Shown here: one piece after another, positions 54,024 to 64,000 of the stretch
Layout: every line of letters begins with the position of its first letter
How positions within the stretch are numbered: position 1 is the stretch's first letter
Made by a program: the position numbers and the translations under genes
Assembly: GCA_963727895.1 (NCBI GenBank)
Contig: CAVSHT010000011.1
Span: 64,001 to 128,000 of the forward strand
Direction: 5' to 3'
Length of the DNA stretch: 64,000 nucleotides
Origin: an uncultured Methanosarcinaceae archaeon
Lineage (GTDB): Archaea > Halobacteriota > Methanosarcinia > Methanosarcinales > Methanosarcinaceae
Notes under the pieces: model-generated
The model's database searches: none
Told to the model about the DNA's origin: nothing
What the model saw: the letters and a program-made list of their open reading frames with translations, nothing else

Positions 54024-54690
54024 ATGAAAATTATAACCTGGAATTGCAATATGGCTTTTCGGAAAAAGTACAAACAAATTCTTCCTTTTGATCCGGATTT
54101 ATTAATTGTTTCTGAGTGTGAACATCCAGATAAATTCAGCGATAAGTTTTACGATGACGTTTTATGGATAGGTGATAACAGAAACAAAGGTTTGAGTGTT
54201 TTTCCTTCCTGTCAAAGTGAACGGAAGCGAAAGAATGAATCTTATTGCTATCTGGTCACAGAATAATATAGAAGATCCAAGAAGGAGATACATTGGAGAA
54301 GTTTGGAAATCACTGGATTACTACAAAGACTTGTTCAAACTTCCAACGATTATTGCAGGTGATTTTAACTGGAATGTTATCTGGGATTAGGGAAATGAGA
54401 AATATCCTCTTTACGGAACACTAACTGATGTAATTAATTTGTTAGAGCAATTTGACATTTTCAGTATGTATCATACTTTTACAAATTCAGAGTTAGGGAT
54501 TGAAAAAGAACAGACGTTGTATTTTCGGAAAAATAAAAAGACTCCTTATCACATAGATTATATTTTTGCACCTGCTGAAATTATTAATCGCGGAAAATCA
54601 TTTTCGGTTGGTAAATATGAAGATTGGACTTCTTTGAGCGAGCATATGCCTTTAATAGCAAAATTAGAGCGAAATACACGTTTAAAGTAA
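54024..54690 (+). pseudogene. Exonuclease/endonuclease/phosphatase (EEP) family protein, disrupted
   Basis: MKIITWNCN, AGDFN, HIDY and SEH.P motifs; frameshift near 54200 and in-frame TAG at 54388. Confidence 0.85.
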
Positions 54691-54702
54691 ATTACTCACT
54701 TT

Positions 54703-57700
54703 TTAATCCAAAAACAGCCTGTTTTTTAAGAATAGTTTGGTTTTTAAGATTTTTTCCATTTCAATTCCTTCCAGAATCTCAAAAGCAAGATTTGCCGTAA
54801 ATTCATCTTCGGAATCTAGTAAAACTTGCAAAAGCTGTCTGTCCTCTTCAGTACAGATCTTCTTCAGAGATCCTGCTGCTTCAGCTTTGACGAAACGATT
54901 GCAATCATAAAGAGTATTAATGAGAGGTTCAACAGCTTTTTTTGGTTTTATCCTGCCGAGGGCTTTTGCAGCAGCCAGCCGCGTGAAATCATCTGTATCC
55001 ATAAGAGCAGAAATAAGGTGATCGACTGCTTTATGCGCTTTAATCCGGCCAAGAGCTTCTGCTGCTCCGGATCTTCCTTCGTTATTTATATCCATCAGTG
55101 CATCAGTAAGAGGCTCTACCGCTTTTCTGGATTTCATATTTCCAAGAGCTATTGCAGCTTCTTCTCTTACAGAGCCATTGTTATCGAAAACCAGAACATC
55201 TATAAGAGGCTCTACCGCTTTTCTGGATTTTATCCGGCCAAGGGTTCCAGCCGCAAACCGGCGCACAGTTGCATCTTTGGATTTGAGGGCATTAATCAAT
55301 TGTGGAACCGCCTTTTCACAATCAAAAAGTCCGAGTGATTCGGCTGCAAGCCTCCTTACTTCATCATCCACATTATCAAGGGCTCTTATAAGAGACTCAA
55401 ACGCTCTTTCACTCCTGCTTTCAGACCTATTTTGCAGGGCTTTTGATGCCTCTTTCCGCACGAATTTATTTTCGTCTCTAAAAGCGTTATCAATGAAATC
55501 AAATATTCGATCAGATATACATTCAGGCATTCCATCTGAATTTGTCTGGCCAAGAGCTCTTACTGCTCCTTTCCTTATAATAGGGTCTTCAGACTTAAAA
55601 ATCTGAATAAGCAGTTCAAGAACTTTTTCAGATTCCAGCTTTCCGAGTGCATTTGCCGCTTCTTTCCTGACAAAATGATTTTCGTCTCCCAGTGCAAAAA
55701 GAAGAGGAGCAATAGATTTCTGGACATTTATCATTCCAAGGGCTTTTGCCGCTTCAAGTCGGACTAAATGACTTTTATCATTAAGCTTATTTATCAGGGT
55801 TTTAGCAGCCGTTTCACATCTTATTTCTCCAAGGGATTCTACAGCTGTTTTTCTTACAAATTCATCCTCATCCGAGAGTGCAGAGGACGAGAGGAACAAG
55901 CGTTCTCTCAGACCCCAATGTACCAAGTCCCTTTGCCGCTTCTCTTCGGACAAAGCGGCTTTCATCCCCAAGCATATTGATGAAACTGTCTGAAACCTTG
56001 TCTGATTTTATTTCACCAAGTGTTTTTGTAGCAATCCAGCGTACAAATTCGTCTTTGTCTTCAAGAGCATCTACAAATGGTTCAACAGCTTTTTCCGATC
56101 TCATCAGGCCCAGGGCCTCGGCAGCTCCCAATTGAACAAGCTTATCTTCTTCTTGAAAAGCTTTTATAAGAGCCTCTGCCACTTTTCCGGAGTTTGTTCT
56201 TCCAAGAGCTCCTACAGCCCCAATACGAACAAAGTCATCGCTGGCTCCAAGTGCGGAAATAAGGATTTCCAGCGCTTTTTCAGATCCAATCTGCATTAGC
56301 GCTTCCGCAGCTTCCAGACGGACAGCCCGGTTCTTATCGAAAATGTATTCCTTAGCAGTTCGATTGCTCTGTCAGAGCCTATTACACCAAGAGACTTTAC
56401 AGCTTCTATCCGAACAGAATAATCTTCATCCCCAACTGCAGACTGCAAGAGGATCAAGTGCCATTTCTGATCTTGTTTCTCCAAGCACTTTCGCAGTTTC
56501 TCTTTTTACCCCGACGTCTTTATCTTCAAGTGCTCCTGTATTGGCCCTGATCCCGCAGGCTCCCAGTCTTCCAAGGCTTTGAACTGCCATTACTTTTTCT
56601 ACTGTATATTTACTGTCAAGTTTCCTGGCAAGTAAGGCACATAGATTTTCCTTTTGTTTCAGCACTGGCTTTCATAGCACATTTTGAAGCTAAATATAAA
56701 TTTCCGCTTGAAATTATTGAATTTACAAGTTCTTCTCCTGATTCAAGTAGTTCCGATGTAAGAGTGATTACATTTTCCCATCTCGGATGCCTGAACGTCT
56801 TTGAGATATCCACTCCATTTTCAAGATATGTTTTCAGCTTTAAAGCCGCAAAATATTCCTGAAAAGATCGATTTATTCCAAACTTTATTTTGGAGTTGTC
56901 TCTGGTAAGAAGCCCCAGCAAGATACAGGTATGGATGAGCTTTCGAGCTTTTATTCTTTTAGATGGGTTGCATTTTGCATACTCTTCTGCTACGTCAAAG
57001 GCATAGATGTATTTGCATGAAGTTTTATTTCTGCACTGAAGTTTGAAGGCCAGGCTCATTAGAAAGCCTTCAGCTTCTGTTCTTTGAACAAGCAGTTTTT
57101 TAGCGTTCAGATCAGGAGAAAATCTTTCAAGATTTATTCTTCTGTTTCTTCTGTTAATATTTATTCTTCTGTCTTTTCTTCTAGAAGACAAATAAGCTTT
57201 TGAACTTACCACACTTTCTCTTAGCCCTGAAATCTCTAAAAAGCTCTGAGACAAAAACCTGATAGGCTTCTGCCCGGCTGGAGGGAATAGAGTCTAAAAG
57301 GGTAAAATGTTCAGCCTCGTCTCTTTCTTTCTCCCATTATCCATATGAGCCGCTGAAAGTTTGATCCAGAGGTAAAGCAATCAGTGGATTTCGAAGGATC
57401 GGTTTTGAATTAATTTCCTTAATGACTTCTTGCTTTCAAAAGCTTTGCCTGTCTCTTGTTAGGAATATTCTTTCTCAATAAAGAGCCTGATCTTCTTCAT
57501 CGATCAATTTTTCAAGTTCTGAAACTGCAAAAGTACTTTTCAGGCTATCAAAAGGCTCGGGTCTTGAGGCAATTACGTATCTGCAGTCTTCATATTCGGA
57601 AATAAAATCGGAAATCTCATCAAAAGGGGAAAAGTTTTCAGAAGGTGTGAGCAGGTCAAGCTCATCTAATAACAGTAGGGCTTTTCCTTCAAGCAATTTT

Positions 57701-58102
57701 TTAAAATCCTTCTCAGAAATGCCTTTTTTCGTTACTTTTGCTTTTAAATAATTGTAAAAAGAGCCTTTAACATAGGAATCAAGTACTACATAGATCGGAA
57801 CAAGTCCTTTTTCATTTGCGAGGTATTTTCTGGCATAAATAGTATTCAGCCATTTAAGTGTACTTGTCTTTCCCGAACCAGCCTCTCCGTAAATTATCAA
57901 GTAGCCTTTCTTTTTCCACAATTTGTGAGATTTTAAAGTCGTGGGCTAAGGAAACTTTTTCTTCGAAAAGTCTGCGTGTAATTGGTAGTATTTCTCTGGC
58001 AGACAATTCTATGTAGTTATAATTTTCATCTTTGTCTTCCAGTATTAGATTTTTCAGGTACCTTTCCAGATCCCAAGCTGATTTGCTTTCAGTTCCAGAC
58101 AT
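54703..58102 (-). pseudogene. NACHT NTPase + HEAT-repeat protein, multiply frameshifted
   Basis: Walker A GEAGSGKT, Walker B LLLDELD, RSFQEYFAA and many VR..AA.ALG HEAT repeats across several frames. Confidence 0.88.
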
Positions 58103-58577
58103 AAAGCCCTCACAATTTTATTGTTTTCTTTCCCCATTTTATTCTTCTTGTTATAGGGCCTTTTTTATGTTTACTGCTTTCAGTACGTATCCCTAAACTC
58201 TTTTCACTACTTTTTTGTTTTTTCTGGTTATTGAGGCTTCTATTATTACTTGATAGCTCATAACCGGAATTATCAGAAAAGGAAGTGTGGAGTATAAATA
58301 ATAGTGATTTATGTGACAACAATGAGCTACGTAGATCATGTCTGAAACATAGAGCAGGTTTAACGATGTGATAAAGAGAATTGTTCGAAGAAAGGTTATT
58401 TGGATTTTTAAGTGTACATCAGAAAAGTATAGAAACAAAGCCAGCAAGATAAGAGGGCAGAAGAATACTATTCTAAGAGGAATCCTATTGCACTTTCAGA
58501 AAAAATAAGTGTCAGGTGTAATTCTACCTGAGTATTTTTAGTTCAAAAGCATTCAAACTTTTATTAATATGTATTGT

Positions 58578-59153
58578 TTATTTTTTCTCGATAAGTTCTA
58601 GCACATCACATACCTTGTTTGCAGTTTCAAGTACGGTCTTCATTCCGACATCATCTTCTTCTACAGGATTCCAGGCAATTCCACCAAAGTGAGCGTTATC
58701 ACCAACTACGATCATACCATGAATATGCATCCAGTCGTGGATTGATTGAATAGTCTTTTCCTGTCCTCCGTTTCTTGAACCTCCAACTGAAAGAGCTGCT
58801 CCCACTTTATTTTTGAGAGCTAAATCTATTACGGCGGAGAAGGACGCTCCTGTCAAAAAGAGCTTTGAGCTGGGCAGGATAATTCCCCATGTAAACAGGA
58901 GACGCTACAATTATACCGTAAAAGGTTCTCATTTTTTCATAGATTTCTTCCATGTCGTCTTCAATAATACATGAGTCTTTTTCTCTGCAGTGTCACAGGT
59001 TTTACAAGGATCAACCTGGGAAGTTGATAAAAAAACAAAGTCTACATCAAAACCTCTATTCTTTGCAACTTCAAGTACAGCTGTGGTCATTTTTTCGCAG
59101 TTCTGACCCTTTCGTGGGCTGCCTGGAATTCCCAGTATCTTCATTGAGATCAT
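58578..59153 (-). pseudogene. isf: Iron-sulfur flavoprotein (flavodoxin-like), frameshifted
   Basis: GSPR, PCK.CD.C, SPVYMG and GGSRNGGQE across frames; divergent from pta. Confidence 0.8.
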
Positions 59154-59399
59154 TCCGAAATTCTTTTATATTAATTTATCATTTATATTCAGTAATATTA
59201 TTTCAAGTATAGCTGTCTGCCGTAAATATAATCCAGATTGTTATATTTCTCAAGGAAAAAGTTCGTAATATAGATGTGTGTTGACAGCCTGAAATATATA
59301 TATTTTCATTTTTATATATATCCACATGCATTTTACGTAAATTTATATATTAAGACCCAGCTAACTTAAGCTGCTTTAATTATATAGGAGGTTGGTTGA

Positions 59400-60405
<1,006 letters not shown>

Positions 60406-60552
60406 AATCTCAAATAATAGCTGACGTTTCTATATTTGTGAACATTTTAGAAAGCTTTTTATTAGCTTTCTATACTAAATATTTATCATGAATATAAATG
60501 TAAAATGATGTGAAATCTGAATTAAAAGCAATGTATTAACTGGGGTTTACAC

Positions 60553-61780
60553 ATGAAGGTATTGGTTATAAACGCAGGAAGCTCGTCCCTTAAATATCAG
60601 TTAATTGATATGAGCAATGAGTCCCCCCTTGCAATAGGTCTCTGCGAAAGGGTGGGAATCGATAATTCGACCATTACTCAGAAGAGGTTCGATGGCAAGA
60701 AGCTGGAAAAGCAGATTGATCTTCCCACCCACAAGAGTAGCTCTTGAAGAAGTTGTTAAGGCTCTAACCGATCAGGAATTTGGTGTCATTGCAAGCATGG
60801 CTGAAATCAATGCAGTCGGACATCGGGTTGTGCACGGTGGCGAGAAGTTTACAACTTCTGCGTTATTTGATGCGGGTGTAGAAGAAGCTATCAAGGATTG
60901 TTTCGAACTGGCACCTCTTCACAACCCTCCAAACATGATGGGAATTACAGCCTGTGCAGAGATCATGCCTGGAACACCCATGGTTATTGTTTTTGATACA
61001 GCATTCCATCAAACCATGCCTGCGTATGCCTATATGTATGCTTTGCCGTATGATCTGTACGAAAAGCATGCAATACGAAAATACGGTTTCCATGGTACTT
61101 CCCACAAGTATGTTTCCGGAAGAGCAGCCCTTATGCTCGGAAAGCCTATTGAAGATACCAAGATTATCACCTGTCACCTAGGAAACGGTTCAAGTATCGC
61201 AGCAGTGAATGGTGGAAAATCTGTTGATACCAGCATGGGCTTTACTCCGCTTGAAGGAGTTGCAATGGGCACTAGATGTGGTTCCATTGACCCAGCAGTT
61301 GTTCCTTTCATTATGGATAAAGAAGGCCTGTCAAGCAGAGAGGTTGATACTCTTATGAACAAGAAGTCAGGTGTGCTTGGAGTTTCCGGCATTAGCAATG
61401 ACTTCAGAGACCTTGATGAGGCAGCCTCACATGGCAACGAGAGAGCCGAGCTTGCTCTGGAAGTCTTCGCATATAGGGTAAAGAAGGTCATTGGTGAATA
61501 TTTAGCTGCTCTTGATGGTGCAGATGCATTGGTCTTTACTGCAGGTATTGGAGAAAACAGTGCAAGCATTAGAAAGAGAATCCTTTCCGGTCTTGAAGGC
61601 ATCGGTATAAAAATCGATGACGAAAAGAACAAGATAAGAGGTCAGGAAATCGAGATCAGTACCCCTGATTCAAAGGTAAGGGTTTTTGTCATTCCAACCA
61701 ATGAAGAACTTGCAATTGCAAGAGAAACAAAGGAAATTGTTGAAACCGAAATTAAACTACGCAAATCAGTGACCGTTTGA
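60553..61780 (+). CDS. ackA: Acetate kinase with one frameshift near 60735
   Basis: [28 protein letters not shown] and GIGEN motifs. Confidence 0.94.
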
Positions 61781-61781
61781 T

Positions 61782-61820
61782 AGTAAAGGGAAAGCTTCCT
61801 TTACTTTTCTATTTTTTTAA
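61782..61820 (+). terminator. Hairpin plus T-tract after ackA
   Basis: AGTAAAGGGA-AAGC-TTCCTTTACT followed by T runs. Confidence 0.6.
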
Positions 61821-62028
61821 TTTTTAGCATATTTATTAAAAAGCTTAACCTTTTTTGTTGAAACTTGTGTTACTTTTAAGATTTTAACTTTTACTATTTT
61901 TTGATTATTTTATATTTCCAAATTCGAGGCTCTTGATTAGTCCAATCGACTTTATATGATTTCTTCTCGAAGAACAACCTGTTGAAAATTAATTCCAAAG
62001 AATTACAAGAAATTCAGATCTTTTTAAC

Positions 62029-62223
62029 TTAATCTTCTACAAGTTCAATGGCATTTTCCGGACATGCTTCGACACATTGATTACATTCTATGCAGTTTTC
62101 CGGACTGGATACAACTGCTTTTTTTACTTTATCAATTTCTTCGATATCAAAAACTTCTGCGGGGCAAACCTCGTAGCAGGCAAGAGCCCCGGTACACAAT
62201 TTATAATCAATTACTGGATGCAT
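62029..62223 (-). CDS. 2[4Fe-4S]-type ferredoxin
   Basis: CTGALACYEVCP and CIECNQCVEACP motifs. Confidence 0.9.
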   Translation of the reverse strand: MHPVIDYKLCTGALACYEVCPAEVFDIEEIDKVKKAVVSSPENCIECNQCVEACPENAIELVED

Positions 62224-62310
62224 TTTCCCCCTCTCATATATGTTCTTCAGATTGAAAAGCTCAATACGCAATACAAATAATATATATATGACGATTTTTT
62301 ACTTCGGCAT

Positions 62311-62607
62311 TCACTGAATTTCGACGTTTACAGTCTTGGAACTCTCCCTGTAGGGCACTACGACGAATAGTTTTCCATTACAATACTTTGCGACTGCCTT
62401 TTGAGGAATTACGCCACAACAGAATGCATAAGTTCCTGCATATTCTACTCCGGTTTCTTCTCTTTTGGCTCTTATGAAAAAACCTTCCTCAACCATCTTT
62501 AATTCAATATCTTCTTTCTTTACTCCTAGCAGATTAACCTGAATTTCCATGTTTCCTTTATCATCAGAACACGAAAATACATCAGGAGACATCTTTACCA
62601 TTGCCAT
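62311..62607 (-). CDS. Hsp20/alpha-crystallin family protein
   Basis: L.GVKKEDI.L...A.Y.NG.L.V.VP. Confidence 0.85.
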   Translation of the reverse strand: MAMVKMSPDVFSCSDDKGNMEIQVNLLGVKKEDIELKMVEEGFFIRAKREETGVEYAGTYAFCCGVIPQKAVAKYCNGKLFVVVPYRESSKTVNVEIQ

Positions 62608-63459
62608 ATAGCTTCTCCTAAAGAATTTTTCCCAGTAAATGATTTAAAATGAAATATTATTTTTCTATTTTTGGGAATTTGGTGTAAGTTATTAAATCAT
62701 CGCGTTTTCTGATATAATCTACACCATATCCAGAATCATATCAATATGGATGCTTTGACTTTAGATATTTGAACATTAGATGCGACGAGATGCTCTGGCT
62801 GTTTTATTCAAATTCGCGTTCCTTACTGCTAACAACCCCAATATAAAGTAAGGATATCGATATTTATAATTTATGAATCGATATATTTGTTCACAGTTTG
62901 TATTCTAATAACTGAGGGTAAAATTTCAGGTCACAAGCCTTAGTTCCAAGCCTTTTGAAGTAAAGATCTGAAAGCTATCAATTTTCGGACTGGTAAGTTT
63001 TTGTTAATCTAATCGGTATATGGCTGTCATTACTAAATGTTTAGCTCCATAGATTACGGTTTTTGTCAATGAAAGTTCGCTTGATCTCTTTCTATGAGGA
63101 AGTGTAAATCATGACTGCAGATGATGAAGTTTCAAGATAGTTCTTTTCTAGAAAAACGGAAAAATTGTGTAGTATGAAGCTACCTGAATATTTACCTTCA
63201 ATGAAGAGAAATATATATTATTAGACTCTAAGTTTTTTAGAAAATTACTTCTATTAATGATTCTTTGTTCTTAACGATATTTATTATAATAGAAAGTCTT
63301 AAATTTTAAGTTATTTATATAATTACATTAATTAAAAGAATCTTTTTCTATAAGCGGTTAAGCAATTATTAACAATAGTTAATTATACATTTTGCCATCA
63401 AAGATAAGGAGACATATGGGAAAATGAAGGTGAGAATGAGACACTTTCCTGCAAGTAGG

Positions 63460-64000
63460 TAGTATTATAATCAACGAGAAAAGCCTCCTTTACCAACTAG
63501 CCACAGTTACATCCAGAAAGCATAGGCTTGCCAGATGGACATCCTTCGATCAATTCATTCCTTGGTGTACCTCTTATTTTAGACGGAAAAACGATAGGTT
63601 TAATTGTTGTAGCGAACCGTGAAGGCGGCTATAGCTATAAGCAACAGGAGGATCTCGAATCTATCGCGCCGGCGGTGACGCAAGTTCCGCAGACAAGAAA
63701 AGTTGAACAGAACCGCAAACTAGCTGAGCAAGAATTAAAGGCGAGTGAGTTACGGTTTGAGGCACTGGGGCAGGACCTAGAATCAGGTGTCTTTCTCATT
63801 GATGGCGAAGGTAAAGTTGCAATATACAATCCCGCATTTCTGCAAATTTTCAATCTTTCTGAACAAGAGCTCGAGCATATGAAGATTCAAGACCTTAGCT
63901 GGGATACGTGGAATGTTGTCGACAAGGATGTTAATGCCCTGCATTTTGAGTCTCACCCCGTACAGTACGCCAGGATTAATCGCAAGCCTGTAAAGAATCA
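63460..64000 (+). pseudogene. GAF-PAS sensor (probable histidine kinase) with degenerate 5' end; runs off the window
   Basis: GLPDGHP.I.SFLGVPL...GLI.VANREGGY then a PAS start (SELRFEAL...GVFLID.EG..AIYNPAF); TAG at 63498 and a frameshift upstream. Confidence 0.75.

Noticed and set aside
58110..58447. Short ORFs upstream of the NACHT gene
   Set aside because: No motif and not in frame with the NACHT start; cannot be supported as genes.
62690..63180. Possible decayed gene or transposase remnant
   Set aside because: Coding-like composition but no recognisable motif or sustained frame.

Overview
Archaeal chromosomal DNA, most likely Methanosarcina (cysteate synthase/comDE coenzyme M cluster, methanogenesis marker 16, cooS-cooF, pta-ackA with a divergent isf, archaeal LonB, LSm). 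The backbone is housekeeping: ASH-Ski2-type helicase, MTAP, cobQ, ala, pyrG, pmbA/tldD/lonB and 8 tRNA genes. Mobile elements are three near-full IS1 copies plus a fragment, one Mutator/IS256-like IS splitting an ArsR gene, and two inverted 1538-bp IS110 copies. Decayed genes are a TPR-nitrilase and a NACHT-HEAT/EEP locus. Best leads: (1) the IS110 non-coding end can fold into a two-loop, bridge-RNA-like structure whose loops carry the element's own CTAAA core and donor sequence; (2) a 78-aa stand-alone membrane protein near lonB is a paralog of the LonB transmembrane hairpin; (3) two promoter/terminator-bounded sRNA candidates have C-rich, anti-SD-like loops. All alignments and folds were done by eye; no database searches were run.
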